A DNA stretch of 64,000 bases from Candidatus Obscuribacteraceae bacterium (GCA_044229845.1 JBGASG010000001.1:288001-352000); one strand, 5' to 3'. Shown: positions 1 to 9,860, numbered from the stretch's first letter. The notes: generated by a model not told the origin, from the letters alone. Numbers and translations are program-made.

Positions 1-2
1 CT

Positions 3-590
3 AACGGTGGCAACTTCAAAGATGCCATTCAGTTGGGTACCAAACTTCTAGACCCGGAGACCGGTACCGATTGGCGAGAGGATCAAGCTAAGAAACTGGC
101 TTGCCGCATGCTGGCTAAAGCGCTGCTGGCGAATGGCGAGGTGACTGAAGCGGAGGATCGCTTGCAGCTCGGCATCAAGGCTGCACGCAAGAATCGGCTC
201 ATGTTCTACGAAGAACAGAAGTGTCGCCTGGATCTCGCAGACCTGCTGATTCAGCAGAAGAGGTACAGAGAAGCAATCGATCTGCTGCAGGCGACCGTTC
301 TCCTTCAGCGAGAGTTGCCTTCTCTATGCGAATGGAGAAGCGGCCATTCGGAGGTTGATGTGGGTGGCTTTGCTTTGCCTTCTGACGATGTAAGGGTCGA
401 GGATTTGATGCTAACCGCCTTGGTCAAGCTGAAGGCGGCATACGAGGCTGAGCATAGTGATGGATTCAAGCCCTTCCAGGAGGAGTATGAAACTCGACTG
501 GCAGCCAACAGCAGGTCGCATGAAAAAGGAATGCCCGCAAAGCTTTTTGCTCTGCCCAAACTGCCTGCTGAGGAATCTCACGCGGATTGA
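3..590 (+). CDS. TPR-like helical-repeat protein, 5' end outside window
   Basis: Frame is open from base 3. Helix pairs such as LADLLIQQKRYREAIDLLQ look TPR-like. Confidence 0.6.
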   Translation, partial: NGGNFKDAIQLGTKLLDPETGTDWREDQAKKLACRMLAKALLANGEVTEAEDRLQLGIKAARKNRLMFYEEQKCRLDLADLLIQQKRYREAIDLLQATVLLQRELPSLCEWRSGHSEVDVGGFALPSDDVRVEDLMLTALVKLKAAYEAEHSDGFKPFQEEYETRLAANSRSHEKGMPAKLFALPKLPAEESHAD

Positions 591-1600
591 GCGGCGCGCT
601 CGGGAGGCAGGTCGGCGGGCTCTTCGGCATACATGGCGATCAAGTGTGCCATCGCATCTTCGTAACCCTGGCGGATCATGCGACGCGACCTATCCGGATC
701 AATCTCCAGAAGCGTGATGTCGACAGGAGTGCGGGGCTGAAATACCTCGATGTGGATTGCTCGCATGCCTTCCGCTTCATTCGAGCCTTCGGCAATCAGG
801 CGATTATAGAGTTGAGCCAACTCCAATTCTTTGCGTGCCGATGCATCCAGTACAACGTCCAGGCAGCGAGCCAGGACGCCCCACATATGTGAGGGGCAGA
901 CGCTGACTGTTTCCGGATGCAGGAGCACCATGAAGATCTCTTCGGCGCCGCGATCCATGGCGGCGCGCATGGGAGTGTTGCGAACCAGACCGCCGTCGAC
1001 CCAGAGACCGTGTCCTTGCACCTGTCTGGGCGGAAATGCGATAGGAACTGCCGATGTCGCCATCAGTGCGTCGATCAATTCGTCGAACTCATTGATGTCG
1101 TCGCTGCTTATCAGTCTGGTTTCGAGGCTGCACAGATCGGTCGTGAAGAAACCGACTTCAGTGTCGCTGTTCTTCAATCGGTCGAGATTGATCTCGCGAC
1201 GCAGCACTTCCTCCAGAGGCGAAGTGTCGAGCAACCCCAGCTTTCGCCCGAAGATCATTCGACTTACCTGGGTGGCGTTGGGCAGCTTGAAGATATTCCA
1301 GGGTTTGATGCTGCACCAGAGTTCTTCCAGTCGGTCCAGCTGTCCCTGAGCCATCATGCAAGCATTGAGGGCGCCGATGGAAGTACCGAACGCCATATCG
1401 AACTCGATGCCGACTTCCTCGAGGGCTTTTGCGACACCCACCTGATAGGCCCCGCGTCCGCCGCCGCCAGGAAGCACCAGTGCCCGTTTCCTCTTCGGAA
1501 TGTTGAGCTTCGGTTTGGGTTTGTATCGACCGTTATCAGCCATGGTAAGGGACGCCTTCTCTGCACAAAAAGCCAGCATGTCAGCAGACCATAAATCCAT
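578..1600 (-). CDS. Patatin-like phospholipase
   Basis: GGGGRG oxyanion loop, GTSIG nucleophile elbow and DGG motif. The true start may be the ATG at 1543. Confidence 0.9.
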   Translation of the reverse strand: MDLWSADMLAFCAEKASLTMADNGRYKPKPKLNIPKRKRALVLPGGGGRGAYQVGVAKALEEVGIEFDMAFGTSIGALNACMMAQGQLDRLEELWCSIKPWNIFKLPNATQVSRMIFGRKLGLLDTSPLEEVLRREINLDRLKNSDTEVGFFTTDLCSLETRLISSDDINEFDELIDALMATSAVPIAFPPRQVQGHGLWVDGGLVRNTPMRAAMDRGAEEIFMVLLHPETVSVCPSHMWGVLARCLDVVLDASARKELELAQLYNRLIAEGSNEAEGMRAIHIEVFQPRTPVDITLLEIDPDRSRRMIRQGYEDAMAHLIAMYAEEPADLPPERAAQSA

Positions 1601-1768
1601 AGTAACTCAGGATGCTCTGATTTCCTAGGCGCAATTGCGCATGCCACTACCTGTGGTGGAAGTGGCGGATTTGACTGAGCAAGGCCTTCGGTTTACGAAA
1701 TTAGGTCTTTGTGATATACCGGTGTTATACATTGGTCGACCTATGGATTTACGCAGGTTGTTACTTGG

Positions 1769-2398
1769 ATGATCAAAAATCTGGTGAAACACGGAAATAG
1801 CTATGCGCTGGTCATCGATCAGTCGCTCATGCAGCTGCTCGGCATTGAGCCGGACACCCAGCTCAAGCTGGAGATACAGGAGGGAAAGCTCCATATAGAG
1901 CCGATTCGCGCCGGCAAGTTTCGTGCCAATCTGGAGCTGATTCGAGAGCGACGCCGCGAACAGGTGCGGCTTTTGCACAATCTGATGGTGGCTATGCCGG
2001 GAGCCGATGCTGAACCGATGAGTGACGATGTGGCGGCCCAGGTACGCAAAATGGCATTGGAGAATGTGTATTCGGATCCCGCTCCGCTCACCAAATTCGA
2101 GCAGGGATTGATGCTCGAGCAGGTCCTAGATGAGATATTCGGCTTCGGACCGCTGGGACCTTTTCTGCGCGACCCGGTCATCGAGAATCCCATCGAGATG
2201 ATGCCCAACTACATGTGGTATTCGCAGGGTCAAAAACTAAACATTCAGTTCGACCACGACCATCACCGCGACGACGTGCTGCGCAAGCTCAAACGGCAAA
2301 GGGGGCGCACCACCGACGATGGCATGTCGATGGAGTACATATTTAGCGGACGCAAAGTCCGTGTTCCAGTTGCCGACATCGAACGAGTCGGCAACTAG
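1769..2398 (+). CDS. AbrB/MazE-type DNA-binding domain fused to a CpaF/TadA N-terminal-like domain
   Basis: N-terminal KHGNSYALVID...LGIEPDTQLKLEIQEGKLHIEP (AbrB fold). C-terminal EQVLDEIFGFGPLGPFLRDP (CpaF N-domain signature). No Walker A motif. Confidence 0.7.
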   Translation: MIKNLVKHGNSYALVIDQSLMQLLGIEPDTQLKLEIQEGKLHIEPIRAGKFRANLELIRERRREQVRLLHNLMVAMPGADAEPMSDDVAAQVRKMALENVYSDPAPLTKFEQGLMLEQVLDEIFGFGPLGPFLRDPVIENPIEMMPNYMWYSQGQKLNIQFDHDHHRDDVLRKLKRQRGRTTDDGMSMEYIFSGRKVRVPVADIERVGN

Positions 2399-2399
2399 G

Positions 2400-3290
2400 T
2401 TACTTGGTTTTGGCCGGCTGCTTGAGCAGCTTGCCCACTTTATCCGCTACTTCTTTAGGAGTCATGGCGACTTCGATGCCCGCTTTCTTCATGGCGTCCA
2501 TCTTGGATTGTGCGGTGCCCTTGCCACCGGAAATGATGGCGCCGGCGTGTCCCATGCGTTTGCCGGGCGGTGCGGTCTGTCCGGCGATGTAGCAGACGAC
2601 CGGCTTCTTGATGTTTGCCTTGACGAACTCTGCGGCCTCTTCTTCGGCTGAACCGCCGATTTCACCGATCAAAACAATGATTTCGGTTTCCGGGTCGTTG
2701 TTGAATTGTGTCAGGACTTCCGGGTACTCCATTCCTTTGACGGGGTCGCCGCCGATACCGACGCAAGTCGATTGACCGAGGTTGGCATCGCTGAGAGCCA
2801 GAGCGATCTCGTAGGTGAGGGTGCCACTGCGGCTGACCATGCCGACCGGTCCCGATTTGAAAATCGAACCGGGCAAGATGCCTAAGAGAGCTTGACCCGG
2901 GGTGATGATGCCGGGGCAGTTCGGGCCGATCATTTTGACGCCCTTCAGTTTGGCTGCTTGCACCAGCTTGGCGGTGTCCTGCGGGACGATGCCTTCGGTG
3001 ATCACGACCAGCAAGCTGATGCCGGCATCGATGGCTTCCAGACCGGCGTCCAGCACCAGATAAGGTGGCACGAAGATGACCGAGCAGGTGGCGCCGGTTT
3101 TGGCGATGGCTTCAGCGACGGTGTCGAAGACCGGTACGTCTGTACCAGGCACTTTGTCACCGCCCTTGCCGGGAGTGACGCCGCCGACGATTTTGGTGCC
3201 ATAGGCCATCATGCGCTTGGTGTGGGAGGCGCCCATCTTGCCGGTAGCTCCCTGCACAATTACTTTGGTGTCTTTGTTGACTAAAATCAC
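2400..3290 (-). CDS. sucD: Succinyl-CoA synthetase alpha subunit
   Basis: [25 protein letters not shown], and RMGHAGA (phospho-His motif). Confidence 0.97.
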   Translation of the reverse strand: MILVNKDTKVIVQGATGKMGASHTKRMMAYGTKIVGGVTPGKGGDKVPGTDVPVFDTVAEAIAKTGATCSVIFVPPYLVLDAGLEAIDAGISLLVVITEGIVPQDTAKLVQAAKLKGVKMIGPNCPGIITPGQALLGILPGSIFKSGPVGMVSRSGTLTYEIALALSDANLGQSTCVGIGGDPVKGMEYPEVLTQFNNDPETEIIVLIGEIGGSAEEEAAEFVKANIKKPVVCYIAGQTAPPGKRMGHAGAIISGGKGTAQSKMDAMKKAGIEVAMTPKEVADKVGKLLKQPAKTK

Positions 3291-3325
3291 TTTTCAAATC
3301 TCCGAATTAAATGGCGAGGGACCGA

Positions 3326-4447
3326 TTACTTGGATTTGGCGACCGCTTCTTTGACCGCGTCTTCCAGGTCTGGATGGAGCTTGACTCCCGATTCGCCGAG
3401 CATTTTTTCGGCAATGTCCTGGTTGTTGCCACGCAGTCTGACGACCATGGCGCGTTCAGGATGTTTCTTCAAGAACTGTACAAGCGCTCCCGCCACTTCA
3501 TCGCAAGCGGTGATGCCGCCCAAAATATTCAGCAAGATGACTTTCACAGCCGGATTGTCGTGGACGATCTCCAATGCTTGCAGTGTTTTTTCTTGATCCG
3601 AACCGCCGCCGGCATCCAAAAAGTTGCCCGGTTGCCCGCCGAAGTTCTTCACCATGTCCATGGTCGCCATGGTCAAACCGGCACCATTACAGATGATGCC
3701 GATGTTGCCTTCCAGTTCGACCAGGTTGAGACCGAGGCGCTTGGCTTTGCGTTCGCGCTCGGGCAGGTCTGTCCAGTGGGCTTCTTGTTGACCGCTGAAA
3801 CGCTTCTGGCGGCCCAGTGCATCATCGTTGGCGGTGATTTTGCCGTCCAACGCCAGCACGTCTTCGCCGGCAGTGATTACGAGCGGGTTGATTTCGACGA
3901 GGTCGAGGTCGAGGTCTTCAAAGATTTTGTAGAGTTTGGTGGCGACGTCTGCAACCTTGGCAAACAGTGAGCCGTGCAGTCCCATCTTCTTAGCCAGAGC
4001 CCGAGCCTGGAAGGCGCCGAAGGGGTAAGTGATCGGTTGCGTAATAATAGATTCGTTCGATTCGATTTCGATGCCGCCTTCAGCAGCGGCGATGAAAATC
4101 GGGCAACCGCGGGCGCGGTCCATGGTGATGCTCATGTACATTTCGCGAGCAATGGAGACTTTGGGTTCGCACAGCAGGCTTTCGGTTTTAGAACCGTTGA
4201 TGGTCATGCCCAAAAGTTGCTTGGCGATCTCTTCACCCTCTTTGAGGTCCTTAGCGAATTTGATGCCGCCTGCCTTGCCGCGTCCGCCGGAGAGGACCTG
4301 CACTTTCAATGTCAGCGGCCAGCCGAAATGCACTTTGCGCAACTCTTCCGGTTTCGTAATGCGAGCGCCGGGAGGAATTTGAATGCCGAACTCAGCAAAG
4401 ATTCGCTTGGCTTCGTATTCGTAAAGGTTCAAGGGTCGTACCTCCAT
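3326..4447 (-). CDS. sucC: Succinyl-CoA synthetase beta subunit
   Basis: NLYEYEAK, GGRGKAGG, EINPL, NGAGL, NFLDAGGG; adjacent to sucD. Confidence 0.97.
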   Translation of the reverse strand: MEVRPLNLYEYEAKRIFAEFGIQIPPGARITKPEELRKVHFGWPLTLKVQVLSGGRGKAGGIKFAKDLKEGEEIAKQLLGMTINGSKTESLLCEPKVSIAREMYMSITMDRARGCPIFIAAAEGGIEIESNESIITQPITYPFGAFQARALAKKMGLHGSLFAKVADVATKLYKIFEDLDLDLVEINPLVITAGEDVLALDGKITANDDALGRQKRFSGQQEAHWTDLPERERKAKRLGLNLVELEGNIGIICNGAGLTMATMDMVKNFGGQPGNFLDAGGGSDQEKTLQALEIVHDNPAVKVILLNILGGITACDEVAGALVQFLKKHPERAMVVRLRGNNQDIAEKMLGESGVKLHPDLEDAVKEAVAKSK

Positions 4448-4701
4448 CTGGCGATGCGCGGCATCGCCCGTATTTCATGAATGAGGAGGCAATTGTAGAT
4501 CTGAAAGAGATTGGAGGCGGTGAAGATCAGGTTTTATTTGCGGTTTACTTAGAAAGTGCGGGTTGGCAAGTGTCGGCTTGCCGTCTGCCTCACCATCTGT
4601 CACGAAGTCTTAATTGAGGTGCCGTCATAGTCGCGTGTGCCGCCGCCTCCCCTGGCTATAATCAGCGCTGGCCGATTCGGCACTTACGAGGCTAGACATT
4701 A

Positions 4702-5730
4702 ATGCGACTTGGCATCCTGACAGGCGGCGGCGATTGCCCCGGTTTGAACGCGGTTATCCGGGCTGTGGTCCGTCGCAGTATTCGCGATCACAAGTCGGAA
4801 GTCGTGGGTTTTCTGGAAGGATGGCGTGGCCCCATCGACAACATCGTCATGCCTCTGACCATTGCGAACACCGGCAATCTCATTCAGCGGGGCGGCACGA
4901 TATTGCGAACGTCGCGCACCAATCCGTTCAAAATCGACGGGGCTCCGGAGAAGATCATGGAAGCCCTGAAGAAAAACAATCTGGAAGCTTTGATTGCCGT
5001 CGGCGGCGAAGATACTTGCGGCGTCGCTCATAAGATGTATGAGCAGTACAAGCTGCCTGTCGTCTGCGTTCCGAAGACGATCGACAACGACCTGAGCGCA
5101 ACCGATTTCACTTTCGGATTCGATACCGCCGTCAACATCGTCTGCGAGGCGATCGACCGCCTGCACACGACGGCCGAGTCGCACAACCGTGTTTTGGTCT
5201 GCGAAGTGATGGGCCGGCATGCCGGCTGGATTGCCTGCTATGGCGGAATTGCCGGCGGTGCCGATTTCATTGCCATCCCCGAGAAACCGATCAACATGAA
5301 TGAGCTTTTGACGTCCATCAAGACTGGACACTCGCGAGGCCGCAATTATTCGATCGTGGTCGTGGCCGAAGGGGCGCGCATGGAAGGCGACGAAGCTCCC
5401 AAGTACGATGATCAGGATCCATTTGGGCACTCGAAGCTGGGCGGCATCGGCGATCACCTGGCGAAAGTGATTGAGAAGGAAACCGGTTATGAAACCCGCG
5501 CCATGGTGCTCGGTCATATCCAGCGCGGCGGTTCGCCTACAGCCTTCGACCGCGTGCTTGCCACCAGATTTGGTGTGGCGGCGGCAGACATTGCTCACCA
5601 GAAAAAATTCGGCACGATGGTGGCACTGCATGGCGGTCAGGTCACCGACGTGCCGGTGGAAGCCGGAGTCGGGCAATTGAAGACGCTGGACATGAGTTTG
5701 TACGGCGTGGCGGAAGTATTTTTCGGCTAG
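4702..5730 (+). CDS. pfkA: 6-phosphofructokinase (group III; signature residues suggest PPi-dependent)
   Basis: LTGGGDCPGLN, GGEDT, PKTIDND, EVMGRHAG, LGHIQRGG. RBS GAGG and an upstream TATAAT. Confidence 0.93.
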   Translation: MRLGILTGGGDCPGLNAVIRAVVRRSIRDHKSEVVGFLEGWRGPIDNIVMPLTIANTGNLIQRGGTILRTSRTNPFKIDGAPEKIMEALKKNNLEALIAVGGEDTCGVAHKMYEQYKLPVVCVPKTIDNDLSATDFTFGFDTAVNIVCEAIDRLHTTAESHNRVLVCEVMGRHAGWIACYGGIAGGADFIAIPEKPINMNELLTSIKTGHSRGRNYSIVVVAEGARMEGDEAPKYDDQDPFGHSKLGGIGDHLAKVIEKETGYETRAMVLGHIQRGGSPTAFDRVLATRFGVAAADIAHQKKFGTMVALHGGQVTDVPVEAGVGQLKTLDMSLYGVAEVFFG

Positions 5731-5772
5731 TGTAGATCTGTTCTGCGATCTGTGCTCAGCAGGGAGTGAATA

Positions 5773-6867
5773 ATGCACGAACGGCTAATGCAGCGTTGCC
5801 TGGATCTGGCTATTCAAGCCCACGGAAGGACCGCTCCCAATCCCATGGTCGGCGCGCTGGTCGTTGACGACGAAGGCAGTGTGCTTGCCGAGGGATATCA
5901 CCAGCGGCGCGGCGAGCCGCATGCCGAGCCGAACGCTCTCAATCTGTTGAGTGAGAAAGCGCGCGGGCAGACCATGTACGTCAGCCTGGAGCCCTGCAGT
6001 CACTTTGGCAAGACGCCTCCTTGCGCCGACGCTGTCATCGGTAGCGGCATCAAGAAAGTGGTGGCGGGAATGGTGGATCCCAATCCCAAAGTGGCTGGGC
6101 AGGGGCTGGAGAAACTGCGCGCCGCCGGCGTCGAAGTCGTTGTCGGCGTGCTGGAAACGCAGTGTCGATGGCTGAATCGCGGTTTCATCAAGCGGGTCAC
6201 CCAGGGACTGCCGTGGGTGCATCTCAAAATGGCGGTGACGCTCGATGGTCGCATTGCCGACCGTCAGGGAGCCAGTCGCTGGATAACCGGCGGGCTGGCG
6301 CGACAGTATGTCCACGAACTGCGCAACATCTGCGATGTCGTCATCGTCGGTGGTGCCACTGTAGCGGCTGACGATCCGCAGCTGACGGTGCGCGATGTTG
6401 AAGGTGGACGCGATCCGCGACGAGCAGTCGTTTCTCCCAAGCTGGGTGTGCCGGCGGACCGCCGCATCTTCAAAGAAAGCGGCGCGACCATTTTTACGGC
6501 TGCGCAAAATGTTACCGAGGCGGCACGCTTGCAATTTGGCGAGTCGACAACTCTGGTCGGAATTGCTGATTGCGAACCCGATGGTATAGATCTGACAGCC
6601 ATGTTGCGACGTATGGCCGCAGAAGGTGCAAACGAAGTGCTGTGCGAGGGCGGTGGACATCTGGCGGCGGCGCTGTTACAGGCGGGGCTTGTGGATGAGT
6701 TGCACTGGTTTGTCGCACCCAAATTGTTGGTCGACGGTCAGGCAATCGCGAGCCTTGCAGGCAGCGCGTTTCGTGGCATCGGCGACGCGCTGGAACTGCA
6801 TAATGTGGACATGGACAGACTTGGTGAGGACATGCTCATCCATGGCGTTTTGCAACCATTCAATTGA
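5773..6867 (+). CDS. ribD: Riboflavin biosynthesis deaminase/reductase
   Basis: PNPMVG, HAE, EPCSHFGKTPPC zinc site, LDGRIA, EGGG. Confidence 0.96.
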   Translation: MHERLMQRCLDLAIQAHGRTAPNPMVGALVVDDEGSVLAEGYHQRRGEPHAEPNALNLLSEKARGQTMYVSLEPCSHFGKTPPCADAVIGSGIKKVVAGMVDPNPKVAGQGLEKLRAAGVEVVVGVLETQCRWLNRGFIKRVTQGLPWVHLKMAVTLDGRIADRQGASRWITGGLARQYVHELRNICDVVIVGGATVAADDPQLTVRDVEGGRDPRRAVVSPKLGVPADRRIFKESGATIFTAAQNVTEAARLQFGESTTLVGIADCEPDGIDLTAMLRRMAAEGANEVLCEGGGHLAAALLQAGLVDELHWFVAPKLLVDGQAIASLAGSAFRGIGDALELHNVDMDRLGEDMLIHGVLQPFN

Positions 6868-7026
6868 TTTAAGTAAGCGGTGCCCAAACCTCGTGTCGGG
6901 CATAGTAGCAGCGCTGTAAGGCTCATCTGTAGCCTGTTTAACGTATCGAGTGAGTTACATTTCATCGTTTCCGGCATGTCTGCATACTACGCTAGTGATA
7001 GGCGCCCCTGAGGGACATAAATCCGC

Positions 7027-7227
7027 ATGCTTACACCATCTCTACCATTTGCATTTGGCTTCGAAAAGGACAGCAACGGCGAGCACGTCGTGTCGTTCGC
7101 GGCAGCCAACGTCGAGGAGCTGGTCCCGCCGGTTTCGCAAGAAGAACGTCTTGAGTGGGTGCGGGCGTCCTATCAGCGTTTCATCGCCAAAGTTGCTGAG
7201 CTGGATGCGCTGCGCGCCGCGTTTTAG
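7027..7227 (+). CDS. Small hypothetical protein (66 aa)
   Basis: GAGGGA upstream of the ATG. Fills the ribD-miaB gap and has an amphipathic C-terminal helix. Confidence 0.55.
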   Translation: MLTPSLPFAFGFEKDSNGEHVVSFAAANVEELVPPVSQEERLEWVRASYQRFIAKVAELDALRAAF

Positions 7228-7299
7228 AGGTAAACTAATACCGCAGAGCTTTCCCAGCTCTATGCGTTAAGTACCTGTCGGACTCTCTCAGTCTCAGTC

Positions 7300-8667
7300 G
7301 TGACACAGACGATTACATCTAAAGGCGATTCGCATTCGCATTCGCAGTCGCAGGCTACCAGGTCTGTGTACATAGAAACGTTCGGCTGCCAGATGAACAA
7401 AGCCGATACGGAAAACATGCTGGGCTTGCTGGACGAGATTGGCTATGCGCCAACCGATGACGTGAAGAAAGCCGACCTGATGATCCTCAACACCTGTGCC
7501 ATCAGGGCCGGTGCTGAAGACAAAGTGTACAGTTATCTGGGCGCCTGGCGGCGCTTTAAGATGAAACGACCGGGTGCACTGATTGCCGTCGGCGGCTGCG
7601 TTGCCCAGGATGCTGGGGAGAAACTGCTATCGCGCTCGCCCGGCGTCGACATTGTTTTTGGAACGCACAATGTATTTCGCCTGCCTGAGCTGGTCAGGCA
7701 AGCGCAGACAACCGGGCAACCTGTCGTTGAGATTCATCAGGAGTTGCCTGAGGATCTGCCGGAACTGCCGATTATCAGGCAAAGCGCCATTTCCGCATGG
7801 GTGTCGATCATCTATGGATGCGACTACAACTGCACCTATTGCATCGTGCCTTTCGTGCGCGGACGAGAGAAAAGCCGCGCGCCGGAGACAATCGTGCAGG
7901 AGATGCAGGATCTAGCTGTTGCCGGCTACAAGGAAGTGACCTTGCTGGGGCAGAATGTCACTGCATACGGGCACGATCTAAGTCCGAAGATCCATCTCGG
8001 AGATCTGCTGCGGTTGACTGGTGGCGTTCATGGTATCAAGCGCGTTCGTTTTCTGACCGGACATCCTCGTGATCTGAATCAGGAGATTGTCGATGCGGTT
8101 GCCGAGGTCGAGAATGCTTGCGAGTACTTCCACATTCCCATTCAAGCTGGGCACGATCGGACTTTGCGCCGCATGGCTCGTGGGTATCTGGTTGATTTCT
8201 ACCGCAAGCAAGTGGATATGATTCGTGCCCGTATTCCAGGTGCGGCGGTGACCACTGACCTGATTGTCGGATTTCCTGGTGAGACAGAGAATGAGTTTAT
8301 GGCGACCATCAGTCTGGTTGAAGAGATCGGATTTGATGCCTGCAACACGGCTGCATACTCGCCGCGCCCCCACACGGTGGCAGCGAACTGGCCGGATCAG
8401 GTGCCGGAGCATGAGAAGTTCGAGCGCTTGCGTTTCTTGAACAGCGTAGTCAGCGATGTGGCACACAAACGCAATCTTCCTTATGTTGGCCGCACATGCG
8501 ACGTATTAGTGGAAGGGCGCAGTGAGAAGAATTCGGAGCGTCTGAGCGCGCGCACCCGCACCAACAAACTCGTCAACTTTGAAGGCGACGACAGTCTGGT
8601 CGGGCAACTCGTGAACGTCAAGATCGAAGCCGCTAAACCCTGGGCGCTGCGCGGTACGCTTGTCTAA
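7300..8667 (+). CDS. miaB: tRNA-2-methylthio-N6-dimethylallyladenosine synthase
   Basis: TFGCQMN, NTCAIR, radical-SAM CDYNCTYC, IVGFPGET and a C-terminal TRAM domain. Confidence 0.96.
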   Translation: MTQTITSKGDSHSHSQSQATRSVYIETFGCQMNKADTENMLGLLDEIGYAPTDDVKKADLMILNTCAIRAGAEDKVYSYLGAWRRFKMKRPGALIAVGGCVAQDAGEKLLSRSPGVDIVFGTHNVFRLPELVRQAQTTGQPVVEIHQELPEDLPELPIIRQSAISAWVSIIYGCDYNCTYCIVPFVRGREKSRAPETIVQEMQDLAVAGYKEVTLLGQNVTAYGHDLSPKIHLGDLLRLTGGVHGIKRVRFLTGHPRDLNQEIVDAVAEVENACEYFHIPIQAGHDRTLRRMARGYLVDFYRKQVDMIRARIPGAAVTTDLIVGFPGETENEFMATISLVEEIGFDACNTAAYSPRPHTVAANWPDQVPEHEKFERLRFLNSVVSDVAHKRNLPYVGRTCDVLVEGRSEKNSERLSARTRTNKLVNFEGDDSLVGQLVNVKIEAAKPWALRGTLV

Positions 8668-8677
8668 CGAACCAAGA

Positions 8678-9289
8678 TCATTCCAGAAGAAAGTGACGAT
8701 TGCCAGGACGTTGTGCAGGCAGGGCGAACAGATCAGATAACCATTTAGGCAACTGATGAAAACGTGCGGCATACTCGTCCCAGTTATCTTCTGTCCACCC
8801 GGAAATCGCAGTTTCGATAAATCTTGTCGGGTCGGTATGTCTGCCCATGTGCCACATCGTGCGTAGCTGGGTTCCCACTGCGGAATCGGCAAGCCTGATC
8901 TTCCGCATGCTTGCACCAACATATTGAATAGGTCCCGACAATGACCAGATGCGGCTAGTGCGACCCGTGGTGGCGAAGGTATCTGCAGGCTCGTCTGGAG
9001 GAGGGAGACCAACCTGCATTGCGAAGTGAGCGCTCACGTGAGCGATTATTCTATGAAACGCGCGCGCTTTCGCATGGGCAATTTCCGTGGTGCTCGGTTG
9101 AGGTGCGTGAAGACCTCCTTTTTTGTAGAGACCCCATGCCACACGAGTTACTTCGTGGGATGCATTGAGTCTGGACATGGCCATGTCGATTGCGCTGCGA
9201 TTTCTTGCCAGGTGAAGCAACTGACGGCTGGCGATCAGAGCGCCATCAGGCAACGGCGCAAGAAACTCTCTGATTTCTGCAATAGCCAT
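8678..9289 (-). CDS. DUF6088 family (AbiEi antitoxin-like wHTH) protein, orphan
   Basis: RSAIDMAMSRL...TRVAWGLY and FAMQVGL...TTGRTSRI match the DUF6088/AbiEi pattern. RBS AAGGAGG. Confidence 0.7.
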   Translation of the reverse strand: MAIAEIREFLAPLPDGALIASRQLLHLARNRSAIDMAMSRLNASHEVTRVAWGLYKKGGLHAPQPSTTEIAHAKARAFHRIIAHVSAHFAMQVGLPPPDEPADTFATTGRTSRIWSLSGPIQYVGASMRKIRLADSAVGTQLRTMWHMGRHTDPTRFIETAISGWTEDNWDEYAARFHQLPKWLSDLFALPAQRPGNRHFLLE

Positions 9290-9448
9290 ACTGCCTCCTT
9301 TGATTGCGGGTGTGGGAGTAATAGAAGTTATAACTAAAGTCGCTGATTGATTGCAAGAAGTTCAAATGCTCGCACCGCCTATGGTGCAAGATTTTCTTTC
9401 TACGGGCACGCTTTACGCGGCGCCTGCCGCCCGCCTCGCCCGCGCCGC

Positions 9449-9860
9449 CCGGCGGGGTTGTTGTATTTTGGTGCCAGAATCCAACAAACCGCGCGCGCGG
9501 TGCAAGCTTGCATCAAGGAAAAGGACGCGTGTGCAGGATTGCTCATTTCGGTAGGTCCAAATGAGCAATCCTGCACACGAAGCCCCAATTTAATCTGTTT
9601 TCGAACATTGCGACCCCCCGAAATGAGCAATCCTGCTCGCGGAGAAAGTTCCGCCGAAATGTCCTCTTGATAGATAGCACGAGTGGCTTGGGCGCGCCCC
9701 GCTCGCCGCGCCACGCGCCGGGGATTGTTGTAATTTGGTGCTAAAATCTAACGAACCGCGGGTGGTGCGAACGCGGCAAAAAGAGCGTGGAAGTTCGCCG
9801 TAATCAAATGCGGCTGCAGGTTGTTGTATTTTGGCACTAGAATCCAACAAACCCCGCCGG
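9449..9860. repeat. Cluster of three 35-bp imperfect palindromes plus a perfect 21-bp-stem hairpin (REP/MITE-like)
   Basis: GGTTGTTGTATTTTGGTGCCAGAATCCAACAAACC-like copies at 9456-9490, 9723-9757 and 9819-9853. Perfect inverted repeat at 9528-9548/9559-9579. Outer ends CCGGCGGGGTT / AACCCCGCCGG. Confidence 0.85.

Noticed and set aside
578..1600. Patatin as a CBASS CapV effector
   Set aside because: No CD-NTase or other defence genes are visible nearby, and it looks like a stand-alone NTE/RssA-type patatin. Sequence left of the window cannot be seen.
1769..2398. Complete type II toxin-antitoxin pair at the AbrB gene
   Set aside because: No toxin ORF is adjacent. The neighbours are a divergent patatin gene and a convergent sucD.
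4699..5778. Long antisense ORFs (e.g. 4699-5778, 5785-6660, 23466-24434, 26901-27878, 37751-38881, 44486-45547)
   Set aside because: Shadow frames of well-supported genes in GC-rich DNA, with no recognisable motifs.
9347..9850. Short ORFs in the repeat region
   Set aside because: They translate the palindromes, have no RBS and show non-protein-like composition.
9456..9853. 35-bp GTTG...CAAC repeats as a CRISPR array
   Set aside because: Only three divergent copies with gaps of 232 and 61 bp, and no cas genes in the window.
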